Source: Verrucomicrobiota bacterium
Lineage (GTDB): Bacteria > Verrucomicrobiota > Verrucomicrobiia > Opitutales > Seribacteraceae
Length of the DNA: 64,000 bases
Direction: 5' to 3'
NCBI GenBank assembly: GCA_027622665.1
Contig: JAQBYT010000006.1
Location: 1 to 64,000 of the forward strand
In this document: piece after piece, positions 20,865 to 31,456 of the stretch
How the letters are laid out: each line of letters begins with the position of its first letter
Position numbering within the stretch: the stretch's first letter is position 1
Notes under the pieces: model-generated
What the model was told of the DNA's origin: nothing
Seen by the model: only the letters and a program-made list of their open reading frames with translations
Databases searched by the model: none
Translations under genes and position numbers: made by a program

Positions 20865-22123
20865 GGGATCAATTCGTTGTCTAGGATTTGATCGAGCAAC
20901 TGCCGTTTTCGAATGAGGGCAAAGGAACCGTCTTCGCGTCGTAGAACTTCGGGAGCCTCGGGAAAAGAGTTGTAGTTCTTGGCCGACATGGCGGAGCAGT
21001 AGGCGCCCACTCCCTCAATTACACAAGAGTCGCCCACTTGTCCTTCGGGGAGCAGGCGCGTGGCCAAGCCTTCTGGATCTCCCTCGGTTGGCGTCAGCAA
21101 GTCTCCGGATTCGCAGCAATGTCCAACGACTACTTGCTCCATTTCCCTTCTGGGAGGGGCTTCCCAGTCCTCGGAAAGGAGAATGATCGGGTGTTGAGCA
21201 CCGTAAAGAGAAGGTCTTAGGATTTCAGTCATACCCGCATCTAGTTTTAGGAAGCGATAGCCCTCTTCTCCCGTAGAAGTGACGTCTTGTACTTTGGCTA
21301 CAAGCGAACAGGCATTGGCCACGAGAAAAGTGCCGGGTTCCAGTTCGAGGAGAAGTTCGCGGCCTGTCTCGGCGGCGAATTCTTCGAATGCCGTTTTCAC
21401 CGGTCCGCCCACTTCGCCTAGATTGGTAGAGGTTTCTTCGCTCATTCTACCAACCTTGAAACCTCCGCCGAGGTTCAGGCTCAGGACATCGGGAAATTGT
21501 CTCACGATGTCCAAGCTCATGCCCGCCACTTTCTTCCAGACTTCCGGGTCCGATCCCGATCCGATGTGGGTGTGGATACGCGTAACTTCTAGATTCCCTT
21601 CCTCGCAGAGCTTTCGAGCCTCTTGAAGGTCTCCTTTCCAAATTCCGAAACTGCTTGCGGGTCCGCCCACGTTTGTTCGGTTGGTGCCTCCCGAACCGAG
21701 CCCGGGATTGAAGCGAAGTCCAACGGCTCTACCGGGGCAAACCTTCGCGAAGGTTTTAATCTGGTTTAGAGAGCATAGATTGATGCTCACTCCCTCATCT
21801 ACCCAAACTCGGAAGTTTTCCGGCATTTGCTGCGTGCTTAGGCAGATTGATTCCGTTCCGAAACCGACGCGAATGGCACGTTCCAACTCATGACCGGAAC
21901 TGGCGTCGATTTCCAGACCCTCTTGGTTGAAAATGCGTATGATGGCGGCTGTCGGAGCTGCCTTCATGGCGTAGCGAGGCTTGAGGCCGAACGCGTTCGG
22001 AAAGGCTTTCAGCGTGCGTGCGTTTTGGCGCAAGGTTGCTTCGTCATAGACGAATACCGGCGTGCCGAACTCGATGCGAATATCATCGATCTCTTTTGGG
22101 CTTAAAAAGCGTAATGACTCCAT
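20861..22123 (-). CDS. lysA: Diaminopimelate decarboxylase
   Basis: [44 protein letters not shown]. Confidence 0.95.
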   Translation of the reverse strand: MESLRFLSPKEIDDIRIEFGTPVFVYDEATLRQNARTLKAFPNAFGLKPRYAMKAAPTAAIIRIFNQEGLEIDASSGHELERAIRVGFGTESICLSTQQMPENFRVWVDEGVSINLCSLNQIKTFAKVCPGRAVGLRFNPGLGSGGTNRTNVGGPASSFGIWKGDLQEARKLCEEGNLEVTRIHTHIGSGSDPEVWKKVAGMSLDIVRQFPDVLSLNLGGGFKVGRMSEETSTNLGEVGGPVKTAFEEFAAETGRELLLELEPGTFLVANACSLVAKVQDVTSTGEEGYRFLKLDAGMTEILRPSLYGAQHPIILLSEDWEAPPRREMEQVVVGHCCESGDLLTPTEGDPEGLATRLLPEGQVGDSCVIEGVGAYCSAMSAKNYNSFPEAPEVLRREDGSFALIRKRQLLDQILDNELIP

Positions 22124-22194
22124 TTTGGTAGGATGGTAAATCTAGTTATCATATCGTATGCGGAGATCGGCGCAAGCCTTCGAGGGAATCTGGT

Positions 22195-22674
22195 TCACTT
22201 CTTCTTGGCCAAGGTCAGATAGGTTAGGCGATAACCCGAGTTTTCACTTTCGCGCCGAGAAAGCTCCTCGGTGAACAGATGTTCCCATTCCGGAAAAAAG
22301 ACGTCTCCCTCGAAATTGGCGTCAATGAGAGTCAGATAAAGACGGTCGGCCAATGGCATGGCTTCCTCGTAGACGATGCGACCGCCGCATATCCAAATGT
22401 CGCCCAGGTGGCCTTCCGCCATGGCAAGAGCTTCCGGCAGTGAGCCAGCCTTTCGGGTTTTCGGGAATTCGACTTTCGGGTCACGACTAAGGGCAATCAC
22501 CTTGCGGTCTTTCGTGTGCTGTCCCATTTCCGAAAAGCAATGTTTGCCCATGATGAGAGTGCCCGATTTTGTGGTTTCCAGAAAGTATTCCCAGTCTTCT
22601 TGGATATTCCATGGGAGCCGCCCCGCTTTGCCAATTACGCGAGATCGACCGCAAGCTACGATGATATTCAGCAT
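22195..22674 (-). CDS. folA: Dihydrofolate reductase
   Basis: IIVAC...VIGKAGRLPW..QED, IMG, ICGG, LYLTLID...GDVFFP; real start ATG 22674. Confidence 0.93.
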   Translation of the reverse strand: MLNIIVACGRSRVIGKAGRLPWNIQEDWEYFLETTKSGTLIMGKHCFSEMGQHTKDRKVIALSRDPKVEFPKTRKAGSLPEALAMAEGHLGDIWICGGRIVYEEAMPLADRLYLTLIDANFEGDVFFPEWEHLFTEELSRRESENSGYRLTYLTLAKKK

Positions 22675-22786
22675 GCCGGCGAGCGCTCTTTCGCTCTCCT
22701 CGGGAACTTTATCAATTTGCAAATCCTGTTTGCATGTGGCCAATACTTGTTCACAACCCCTCTTATTCAACGTGGAGCATGCCTGG

Positions 22787-25294
22787 ATGCAATCTGATAT
22801 AAAAGATTTCGGTGAAAAGCTGATGCTTCCCGACACTTGGCAAAGTCGTGCATTGGGACTTCTGCGAGATGGTCGGGACGTGGTGTTGCATGCCCCTACG
22901 GGTGCCGGTAAAACTTATGTGTTCGAGCTTCTTATGGAATCGTCCTGGAGAGGGCGTGCCGTCTACACCGTCCCAACGCGAGCTTTGGCCAACGACAAGT
23001 TTCGGGAGTGGCGGGCTCGTGGGTGGGAAGTTGGGCTAGTTACCGGTGACGTCCGGCACAAACCTGATGCCCGCGTGATTGTGGCGACTCTGGAGACACA
23101 GCGAGCCTCCATGCTTCGAGGCGAAGGCCCCGACCTGTTCGTGGTGGATGAGTATCAGTTGCTTGGCGACGCCCAACGCGGACCGGCATACGAGGTAACC
23201 CTTGCCACTGCGCCAGCCTCCACTCAACTTTTGCTGATGAGCGGGAGCGTGTCCAATCCCGCAGAGGTGGCGGACTGGCTGGCAGGTCATGGTCGTGATG
23301 TTCAATTGGTGAGCGAAGGTAGGCGACCTGTACCTTTGGAGGAGATATTTGCCGAGGCTCTCTTGAAGGATTCGCGAGAGCCTCGAAAGGGGAGAAGTTT
23401 CTTACCTGCGCTCGTGGCGCGAGCATTGGAAACTCGTATGGGACCTATCCTTTTATTTGCTCCTCGCCGAGCAGCATCAGAGGACTTGGCTCGCCAGTTA
23501 GCCATAGAACTTCCCGAGGTCGATCCTCTCGAGTTGACCCCAGAGCAAAAGCGGATTGCCGGCAAAGAACTGGCAAGTCTGCTCAAGCGTCGTGTTGCTT
23601 ACCATCACAGCGGACTCGATTACCTTCGGCGGGCAGGCGTTGTCGAACCGCTCGCCAAGGCGGGCCAGCTTCGGGCCGTGGTTGCGACCACCGGACTTGC
23701 CGCAGGGATCAATTTCTCCATGCGTACAGTACTCGTCACGAACCGGGAATATCGTATCGACGATAAACGGATTATGCTCCGCCCCGACGAATTACTGCAG
23801 ATGTTCGGTCGAGCGGGGAGACGCGGATTGGACGAAAGAGGTTATGTCGTCGTTACCCCAAAACAATCTCGAATGAGCGAGGCTCGCCCTCTCAAGGTGA
23901 AGCGTTCCAAAACCATAGATTGGTCCGCCATGCTCACCTTCATGCATCTTGCGTGCTCTCGTGGAGATTCTCCCATCGAGGCTGCCCGCAAGCTGGGTGA
24001 TCGTTTGTTTTCGGAGGAGCAAGTGCGGCTCGGGTTACGAGATTCCTTGGCAAAAGTTACTTCCCGTAACATTCCCCGTTTAGGGCTGAATCGTGCCGAT
24101 GATCGAGATCCGGAAAGGGACCAAATCGTCGAGATGCAGAACTCGGCAGGTCAATGGGAGCGCAGGAGAGGGCAGTCCAAGGCCTCATTGGGAGAAGCTC
24201 TAGTTTTGGCAAACGATGAATGGGTGCCCGCACTTTCTCTGCACCTGACGTTGGCAAAGGTGAAGGTGGGGAATCCTTGTCGTTTTGGGAGCAAGGACGA
24301 CAAGGTCTACGGACGCGAGATTCCCATAGCCATAATGGATGAGGAATCGGGAGGGAAACAGGTTCTTTTGATAAAGTCCTTTCGACGGCGTTTGCACGAA
24401 ATAATGAACACCGAGCCACCTTCCAAACGTCGCAAGTTTGCTAAAAAAGCGTGGAGGCGGCGAGAACTCGAGAAGGTCTTTTCCCCTCTGTTCCCGGAGC
24501 TTTCCTCCGGAGGTCGCTTCGACGAGTTCGTCGAGCGTGGGGGAGTCTTGCATGCGCGACTTCGCTATGAGGACGCCACTGTGCTTGGTTGGCGTGACGC
24601 CAAGGGGAAAGTGCTTCTTAATCCTCTGTTGCGAAAGACCAAGCGGGAGTATGTTTCGCCCTTCGACAAAACTCCCAACGAAAGTATCGATCGACTGACC
24701 AATGCTTCACCGGCCGAAGCGTGGTATCGATTAGGCCTTATCGACGAGAGTGGTCGACCGACTCGTCGAGGAATTGTGTTTAGCTTCTTTTCCCGAGGCG
24801 AGGGGCTCGCCATTGCAGCCGCTTTGGAAGATGACACCTATCCTGTCGAGGACTTGGTTCGTGATCTCGCAAACCTTCGAGCTGGGCATCGTTTCCGAGC
24901 CTATTCCTCCACGGATTGCCGGCTCGCTTACGTTTGTCGTCAAGCTTATGGCTCGGTTGACTGCCCAGGTTTTCTTCGGGCTGGGGTACCACTTGAGTAT
25001 GGCGAGGGTGCCGCCGACGTCATTCGCGAACGAGCCGAATCCGGTTCGCACGGCAAGGCAGTTCTCGATGAGGAATTGCGCCTCGGCGACATTGAGCGTG
25101 CCCGAATCGAGTGGTACAGCCTGCTTGCCTTGACGGCGACTTCACCATCCTTGGATTGGCCAAGATGGGAGAACCTCCGAAAAGCCGCTTCCGAGCTGTC
25201 GGCTGGGGGGGGGGCACAAAACTCATTGCCCGAATTGCCCGCTCTAGCCGTTCGCCAAAATCGGCGATACGAGCCTCGGTCAAACAGGGTTTAA
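22787..25294 (+). CDS. Ski2/HelY-like DEAD/DEAH-box helicase
   Basis: APTGAGKT, PTRALAN, VVDEYQ, LMSGS, YHHSGL, LAAGIN, QMFGRAGRRG. Start at 22787 or 22823, not 22376. Confidence 0.9.
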   Translation: MQSDIKDFGEKLMLPDTWQSRALGLLRDGRDVVLHAPTGAGKTYVFELLMESSWRGRAVYTVPTRALANDKFREWRARGWEVGLVTGDVRHKPDARVIVATLETQRASMLRGEGPDLFVVDEYQLLGDAQRGPAYEVTLATAPASTQLLLMSGSVSNPAEVADWLAGHGRDVQLVSEGRRPVPLEEIFAEALLKDSREPRKGRSFLPALVARALETRMGPILLFAPRRAASEDLARQLAIELPEVDPLELTPEQKRIAGKELASLLKRRVAYHHSGLDYLRRAGVVEPLAKAGQLRAVVATTGLAAGINFSMRTVLVTNREYRIDDKRIMLRPDELLQMFGRAGRRGLDERGYVVVTPKQSRMSEARPLKVKRSKTIDWSAMLTFMHLACSRGDSPIEAARKLGDRLFSEEQVRLGLRDSLAKVTSRNIPRLGLNRADDRDPERDQIVEMQNSAGQWERRRGQSKASLGEALVLANDEWVPALSLHLTLAKVKVGNPCRFGSKDDKVYGREIPIAIMDEESGGKQVLLIKSFRRRLHEIMNTEPPSKRRKFAKKAWRRRELEKVFSPLFPELSSGGRFDEFVERGGVLHARLRYEDATVLGWRDAKGKVLLNPLLRKTKREYVSPFDKTPNESIDRLTNASPAEAWYRLGLIDESGRPTRRGIVFSFFSRGEGLAIAAALEDDTYPVEDLVRDLANLRAGHRFRAYSSTDCRLAYVCRQAYGSVDCPGFLRAGVPLEYGEGAADVIRERAESGSHGKAVLDEELRLGDIERARIEWYSLLALTATSPSLDWPRWENLRKAASELSAGGGAQNSLPELPALAVRQNRRYEPRSNRV

Positions 25295-25304
25295 GGCAAT
25301 TTCC

Positions 25305-25583
25305 TTATTTTTTCTTAACCGTAGAGCCTGTGATGTCTACCCAGCGATCGGAGGATCCTTGGTCATCCTTTACCTCGATGTGCTTGTAGACTTTGCCCGT
25401 CTTGGTGTCGATTTTGATGAGGTATTCCTTGTTTATGTCGCGACCGCTTTCAGGAGAGTAGACCAGAATCTTTCCGGATTCGATTTGGTATCTTCCTTCG
25501 CGACCCTCGTCGGTGAATCCCGTGGCCAGGCAGACGCCCAAGCCCATTAGCAAGCCAAGGCAGGTATATTGTAGATGCTTCAT
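25305..25583 (-). CDS. Small exported hypothetical protein
   Basis: N-terminal hydrophobic segment; AAGGA upstream; GRYQ...IDTKTG core. Confidence 0.7.
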   Translation of the reverse strand: MKHLQYTCLGLLMGLGVCLATGFTDEGREGRYQIESGKILVYSPESGRDINKEYLIKIDTKTGKVYKHIEVKDDQGSSDRWVDITGSTVKKK

Positions 25584-25694
25584 GGTGATTATTTCCTTTT
25601 AAGGGTTACTTTGATGTAAATGTTTAGGAAATCCTTTCGCCTTATGATTTTCGCCGCAATCGAAATTTTGCGGACATTGTTGAAAACCGAAGAC

Positions 25695-27266
25695 CTATTT
25701 GCCGAGATCGTAGCAGGCAATCCTGTCGACCATCCGAACGAGCAGCTTGTTTCCAACGATTGCCGGAGAAGAGCACCGGAGGGCTTGCACCTTGGTCTTT
25801 CCCAGTTCGGTGAAATCGTTCGGATCTGCCTTCACCATGTCGAGAAAGGAACCTTTTATCTCATAGGCGAAAATTTTACCGTCCGCAAAGATAGGGGACG
25901 ATATGTCGTGTTTGCCGGCTTCCTTGTGGAGGACCTTACCCGTCTTTAGGTCTAGGCACAGTCGCATCTCGGCTCCGAACAGGAAAACGTGATTCCCTTC
26001 AACGATGGGGCTGGAATCCGAACGTCTTGTAAGTTTTGGATATTTCCAGAGTTCCTCGATTCCTTTGTCCGTCCAACGATAGCAGACGATTCCCGCCTTT
26101 TCATCCTTTCCGTGCGCCACGAGAAATTTCCCCGAGGCAACCGGGGTCGAGCTTCCGCCCGCTTGCTTTTCCCAAAGCGTCTTGCCCGTATCAAGATCAA
26201 CACCTATTGCCGTGTTCTTCGAGTTGCAAACGACCATTGGCTTCTCTCCGGGATGCCAAATGACAGGTGATGCGCTCTTACCCGAAACGTCATTGTTTTC
26301 CCAGAGCTTGTCTCCCGTGTTCGCATCATGGGCAATCAAATGGTTCGCCAGCACCACTACTTTTCCGCCTTCAACTAGTACCGAGGAGGCTCCGCCCGAG
26401 GCATTCACTTTTACGTCCCAGATCGATTCACCCGTTTTTGCGTCTACACAGAAAATCCTCGAACTGCCTAGGGCATAGACACGCCCATTCGCCACGCATG
26501 GTGTCGCCGACGAGGTTCGCCCCGAAGGCGTTCCCTCTAGGGAGCTTTTCCACAAGGTGGTTCCCGTCTTGAGGTCCATGGCGACAATTATGTCGTCCGC
26601 CACCTTCTTGGTGGGCGGGACGGATTCAATGACGCGCTTCCTTACGGTTTCCTCGAAATTTTGTTCATTCAGCCATCCGACGAAGGATTTTTCATCGGGA
26701 AAGACCTTGTCCTTGATCTCGTAAAGCTTGTTTGAGGCATCAATGGGGAAGGCCAATGGCCCCTTCTTGAACCGGGAAATCACGTAATCGCCGTACAACA
26801 ACTTTTGCTTTGTCTCGAGGTGTTCGTTTACCCACTCTTGACTCCACTCGTCGAGCTTGCTTCCGCGCAGTCGGGGGCTCAGCTTGATGCGGGCTTGTTC
26901 CATTTTATCAATAACCTCCTTCGGCAAGTTCGTACGTCTCGCTCCAATCTTTCGAAGCGCTAGATTGTCCACGACACGCGTCGGAGTTGGCACGTTTCTA
27001 TGCCATACCAGCGAAACATAGGCTTTGTCTTCCGTTGCCACCACGCTTCCGAATCCTCCATCGTCCCCACTTGGAACAGGTTCGCTTTCCCAAAGTAATT
27101 TCGGGCCTGTTTCCGGCCACGCGTTGGCAAGCTTTGTCGAGGCCTGTGACGAACCGTCACGGTTGGGTCCTCTCCACTGGGGCCAAGAAGCATCGGCATA
27201 AACGAAAGCTCCGCTGAAAACGGTAAAGAGAAAAAATGCAGATATCTTCATCTTATCCTGGTACAT
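25695..27266 (-). CDS. PQQ-binding-like beta-propeller protein with large insertion
   Basis: WPQWRGPNRDG, repeated DxKTGxxxW blades. Confidence 0.88.
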   Translation of the reverse strand: MYQDKMKISAFFLFTVFSGAFVYADASWPQWRGPNRDGSSQASTKLANAWPETGPKLLWESEPVPSGDDGGFGSVVATEDKAYVSLVWHRNVPTPTRVVDNLALRKIGARRTNLPKEVIDKMEQARIKLSPRLRGSKLDEWSQEWVNEHLETKQKLLYGDYVISRFKKGPLAFPIDASNKLYEIKDKVFPDEKSFVGWLNEQNFEETVRKRVIESVPPTKKVADDIIVAMDLKTGTTLWKSSLEGTPSGRTSSATPCVANGRVYALGSSRIFCVDAKTGESIWDVKVNASGGASSVLVEGGKVVVLANHLIAHDANTGDKLWENNDVSGKSASPVIWHPGEKPMVVCNSKNTAIGVDLDTGKTLWEKQAGGSSTPVASGKFLVAHGKDEKAGIVCYRWTDKGIEELWKYPKLTRRSDSSPIVEGNHVFLFGAEMRLCLDLKTGKVLHKEAGKHDISSPIFADGKIFAYEIKGSFLDMVKADPNDFTELGKTKVQALRCSSPAIVGNKLLVRMVDRIACYDLGK

Positions 27267-27273
27267 TGATTCG

Positions 27274-28746
27274 TTATTTGGCCGGTCGCCAAGGCTGTGG
27301 GCCGTCGGACTTCTTTACTTGGAGAAACTTTGCATCCACCTCCGTGTACCATGCGTGAAGCTTTTCGCGCATGGCATTCACGCGATCGGGATGCTTGTCG
27401 GCGACGTCGTTTCTTTCGCCTATGTCCTTGGTGATCTCGTAGAGGTGCGTCGTTCCGTCCTCGAAACGCTCGATCAATTTCCAGTCTCCCATTCGTATCG
27501 CGCCGCCGGGAAAACCTCCTTGGTTGCTGTAGTGTGGATAGTGCCAGTAAAGAGCTTCGCGTTCCAAATTGTCTTCGCCTTTCAGCAGGGGCATGAGATC
27601 CACGCCATCGATGGGACCGGTGCCTTTGGGTTCGCCGCCGGCGGCTTTCACGAAGGTGGGGAAGAAATCAGTGCTCATCACGGGGTGGGCACTGCTCGAA
27701 CCCGGTTTGGTGATTCCCGGCCAGCGAACGAGGAACGCTTCCCGAATACCGCCTTCGTATAGCCATCCCTTGCCTCCGCGAAGGGGCAGGTTGGAGGTGG
27801 GGGAACCCTCGGAGGTAGAGAGCCCGCCGTTGTCGGAGGTGAAGGCGATAACGACTTCCTCGTTTAGCCCTAGTGCCTCCAGCTTGGCGAGAACCTTTCC
27901 CACGGCAAGGTCCATGGCTTCGACCATGGCTCCGTACACTGCGTGTTTTTGCAGGATGCGGACTTTGCGGGATCCCTTGTTCTTGGGCCAGACCATTTCC
28001 TCATTGCCGAATTCAGCGCCGGTCACCTTGGCGGCCCGCTTCTTGTACTTTTCAACTAGGTCGGGTCGTCCGATCAGCGGAGTGTGCACGGAGTAGAAGG
28101 AGAGCATGGCGAAGAACGGCTTGTCTTTGTTCGTTTCGATGAACCGGCAGGTATCGGAGGCGAGGCGGTCCGGCAGGTGTTCGCCGAGGGGGCCGTCCTT
28201 GATGCGCGGATTTCCGTATGGCGAGAAGTATTTTTTCCCGAACCATGGCCCGCCATGTTTCCATCCGCCGATATTGATGTCGTATCCCTGCTTCGTGGGC
28301 CAGAACTCTTCGGTCGGGCCCAGATGCCACTTGCCCGCGAAGAAAGTTGCGTATCCTTTCTTCTTCAGGGCTTCCGCTATCGTGACCTCTTCCAAGTCCA
28401 TCCGGTCGTGCAGGGGAGCGGAGTTGAATAGTCCGCCGCGCCTGCCGCTGAAGAAGTTGGTGGCGTCTTTGCGGGAAGGATAGCGCCCGGTCTGTATGCC
28501 GAATCGGGTAGGGGAACATACCGGATTGGCGGCATAGCCGTCCGTAAACTTCATTCCCGATTGGGCAAGGGCGTCCACGTTCGGCGTATCGTAAAAGCAT
28601 TTCGGGTTGTAGGCTCCAATGTCCATGTAGCCGAGGTCGTCCACCAAGAAAAGAACGAAGCTGGGTTGCTTGGACTTGGCGTGAAGAAAGCTCGCCGCCG
28701 CGAAAGAGGCAGAGAATACAAGGGCATTTAATGCACGTGAGGTCAT
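27274..28746 (-). CDS. Sulfatase (S1, formylglycine-dependent)
   Basis: VDDLG, CSPTR, GKWHLG, TSDNGG, LRGGKGWLYEGGIR. Confidence 0.95.
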   Translation of the reverse strand: MTSRALNALVFSASFAAASFLHAKSKQPSFVLFLVDDLGYMDIGAYNPKCFYDTPNVDALAQSGMKFTDGYAANPVCSPTRFGIQTGRYPSRKDATNFFSGRRGGLFNSAPLHDRMDLEEVTIAEALKKKGYATFFAGKWHLGPTEEFWPTKQGYDINIGGWKHGGPWFGKKYFSPYGNPRIKDGPLGEHLPDRLASDTCRFIETNKDKPFFAMLSFYSVHTPLIGRPDLVEKYKKRAAKVTGAEFGNEEMVWPKNKGSRKVRILQKHAVYGAMVEAMDLAVGKVLAKLEALGLNEEVVIAFTSDNGGLSTSEGSPTSNLPLRGGKGWLYEGGIREAFLVRWPGITKPGSSSAHPVMSTDFFPTFVKAAGGEPKGTGPIDGVDLMPLLKGEDNLEREALYWHYPHYSNQGGFPGGAIRMGDWKLIERFEDGTTHLYEITKDIGERNDVADKHPDRVNAMREKLHAWYTEVDAKFLQVKKSDGPQPWRPAK

Positions 28747-28909
28747 CCTCGAAAGCAAGGAACCTCAACGCCTCAAGGGCAAGCCGGAATAGCTCCCGAA
28801 GCATACGAAATGAGAAGAAGGGAGGGGGCCACCTTTCATGGTGCTAATAGTTTGTACAAGGATGCGATTACAGGGTGGTGAATAGGTTCTTGGGTATTCA
28901 GGGAACGCA

Positions 28910-29245
28910 TCATTTAACCTTATTGAGCAACGCTTGCGTTCTCTTCCTGTCAGGATTTTTGGTCCCCATTTTTTTCACGAAAATCGCCCTGGCCTTGAGC
29001 AGTAAAGCCTTTGCCTTCGGCTTGTCGCCTTTCTTGGCGTAGACCTTCCCCCGATTCTGGTAAGCGCTTGCCACTTCGAGATACCCGGGTCCGAGCTTGT
29101 TCAGCATGATTGCCAATGACTTTTGGTGAAGCTTGATGGCCTTGTCGTAGTCTCCCATCAGTTCATGGGCAGAGGCAAGGTTGGCATAGGTGTAGGCAAC
29201 ATTTAGATGTTCCGATCCGAGAGCCTTTATTTCGATTGCGAGGGA
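28910..29245 (-). pseudogene. 5'-truncated TPR protein fragment, paralogue of the upstream gene
   Basis: Homology begins mid-repeat (LAIEIKALGSEH); no signal peptide or credible start codon. Confidence 0.7.
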
Positions 29246-29249
29246 TAGT

Positions 29250-29264
29250 CGTTCGGGACGCCTT
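29250..29264. repeat. Junction motif CGTTCGGGACGCCTT, copy 1
   Basis: TCGGGACGCCTT is also at 57514-57525 and 60994-61005; GTTCGGGACGC recurs inverted at 31825-31835. Confidence 0.6.
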
Positions 29265-29299
29265 GTTTCGGATAGCCCAAACCTGTCCAACGGTAGGTC

Positions 29300-30742
29300 T
29301 CACTTCAAGCTGTCGATAATGGCTTGGGCGTTCTTGACGTAGGGGTCTTCCGGCCCCCGTTTCTTGAACCAGATTCCCTTGGCCTTCAGCAAGTGTTCCA
29401 ACGCCTTCTCCTTGTTTTTCCTCTTCGCGTATACCTTGCCGACGTTGTAGTGGCTGGATGCGAGATCGGGATCATCTGAGTCGAGTGTATCCAGCTCGAT
29501 CGCGAGGCACTTTTCATAGTACCCGACTGCCTTGTCCTGAACGCCTTTTTTTTCGTAGGCGGAACCTAGGTTGTTGTAGGTGATGGCGACGTCGGGATGT
29601 TTCGGCCCGAGAGTTTTCAGTTCGATTGCCAAGCACTTTTCGTAGTATTTCACGGCTTTCTCGTAGTCGCCTTTGCGGGAGTAGGCGCCACCGCCGTTGT
29701 TGTAGGTCGTGGCGACTGCCGGGTGCTCGGGTCCAACCGTCTTCAGCCAGATCGCCAAGGCTTTTCCGTGGTTTGCGATGGCCTTGTCGTACTCGGTGCT
29801 GTTGTCGTAGGCTGAGCCGAGGTTGTTGTAACTGGTGGCGACGTCGGGATGCTCGACGCCTAGGGCTTTCAGCCTAATAGCCAAGGCTTTTTCGTGGCAG
29901 GTGATGGCCTTGGCGTGATCCTCGTTGTTGTCATGGGCCAAGCCAAGGTTGTTGTAGCACGTTGCGACGTCGGGATGCTCGGAGCCGAATTTCTCCAACC
30001 AGATCTCCAGAGCCGCATCGTAGTTGGCTATTGCCCTGCCGAACGCTCCCTTTCCGGCATAGGCCGCGCCCGTGCCGTGGTAGGCGGCTGCGATACGGGG
30101 ATGGTCGGACCCGAGTGACTCCAACCATATCCTGACGGCCCGTTCGTGATAGGCGATGGCGGTGTCGTACTCTCCCTGTTCCAAGCAGACGGAGCCGATA
30201 TTGTGATAGCTCAAGGCGACTTCGTTATGCTCGGAACCGAGGGCCTTCACTCCAATCTCCAGGGCCTTTTCGTGGTTTGCGATGGCCTTGTCGTATTCGC
30301 CTTTTCGGCTGTTGGCGGAGCCGAGCTTGCCGTAGGCGAAGATCCTGTCCTCATCGGACAGGGCATGGGCCAGCACATCCTCGGCGTACTTGATCGCCTT
30401 GTCGTTCTCCTTTAAAGCATCTGAAATCTTGCAGAAACCCTTGAGGAAGAAAACGAGCATCGCCTCGTCTTTGTCGGCGCGGTTGTTGAATGCGCCGTAG
30501 GCTTCAGTTATCTTATCGTTCGCCCGTACGTACTTCCCCTCATCGAGAAGGGCATTCGCCTCGTCGGCCATCTTCTCGATTTCCTCGTCGGAAAACTTTT
30601 CGGCAGCTATACCTGCCTCGGTTGCCTCACCAACCCGTTTTCTATCCTTCGCTTCGTTCCCCTTTCTATCAGAGGACTCGTGCTCACCTCCACACCCCGC
30701 CAACATCAGGGCGACGCCAAGGGAGGCAAGCGACTTCTTCAT
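29300..30742 (-). CDS. Tetratricopeptide-repeat lipoprotein (42-aa kinesin-light-chain-type repeats)
   Basis: LMLAGC lipobox; repeated HPDVAxxYNNLGxAYxxxGxYDKAIxxxEKALAI. Confidence 0.92.
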   Translation of the reverse strand: MKKSLASLGVALMLAGCGGEHESSDRKGNEAKDRKRVGEATEAGIAAEKFSDEEIEKMADEANALLDEGKYVRANDKITEAYGAFNNRADKDEAMLVFFLKGFCKISDALKENDKAIKYAEDVLAHALSDEDRIFAYGKLGSANSRKGEYDKAIANHEKALEIGVKALGSEHNEVALSYHNIGSVCLEQGEYDTAIAYHERAVRIWLESLGSDHPRIAAAYHGTGAAYAGKGAFGRAIANYDAALEIWLEKFGSEHPDVATCYNNLGLAHDNNEDHAKAITCHEKALAIRLKALGVEHPDVATSYNNLGSAYDNSTEYDKAIANHGKALAIWLKTVGPEHPAVATTYNNGGGAYSRKGDYEKAVKYYEKCLAIELKTLGPKHPDVAITYNNLGSAYEKKGVQDKAVGYYEKCLAIELDTLDSDDPDLASSHYNVGKVYAKRKNKEKALEHLLKAKGIWFKKRGPEDPYVKNAQAIIDSLK

Positions 30743-30776
30743 CCATCCAACCTATCTTCCTCTCTCCATCGGTCAA
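30743..30776 (-). promoter_or_regulatory. Sigma70-like promoter, leaderless spacing
   Basis: TTGACC-N16-TAGGTT-N6-ATG. Confidence 0.55.
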
Positions 30777-30946
30777 GCCTAGGGGGAGCAGGCATCACTT
30801 CCGCGGGGTCGCTCACGATTTTGTGGTATTCGCCTCAAGGTCTCGCGATCACATTTTTCGTTAGCAGTGCACTCGTCGACATCACTGTTTTACCTAACGA
30901 GAGGTTTCCAGTTTGTCTGCGGAGGCTGCAGCAACAGAATGAACAC

Positions 30947-31456
30947 ATGAACAAAATACCATTCTCGTTATTTCCCTCCCTAGTCTTTTTCTTGTTTCAC
31001 TTTAGCCTAGCTGCGGACGAGCCAAGACCGGAAAAGAGCAAGGTACGCCTCCAGTTGGACGCCATGCGGGGCAAGCCCGCTCCAAAGCTTGATTTGAAGG
31101 GGGGATCAATTCGAAACCGTTTTCGCGGGAAGACCTCATGGGGCAGATCGTGGTTCTCGATTTCTGGGTGACTGGGTGCGGACCTTGCATCCGTTCCGTA
31201 CCTCATACCAATGAGATGATGGTGAAATACGCCGCCAAGGGTTTTGTCTTCATCGGAGTGTGCGCAAAAAGCGGTTCCGCAAAAATGGCCGCCAACAGTC
31301 AAGGAGCACGGCATCAAGTATCCCGTGGCCGTTGGCGTTGGCGCCGGCTTTCATGCCAATAGTTTTCCCGACTATTACCTAATCGACCGATCCGGGGTGC
31401 TGCGTTGGGCGGACATCGCCAACTCCGATGTAGAAAAGGCAAAGAAGAAACAATAA
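30947..31456 (+). pseudogene. Frameshifted TlpA/thioredoxin-like disulfide reductase
   Basis: Signal peptide, GKPAPKL, -1 shift near 31100, VVLDFWVTGCGPC, +1 shift near 31295, FPDYYLIDRSG; truncated C-terminus. Confidence 0.82.

Noticed and set aside
22376..22836. N-terminal extensions making the helicase and folA overlap
   Set aside because: Homology starts at 22787/22823 and 22674; the extensions are run-on frames across a divergent intergenic region.
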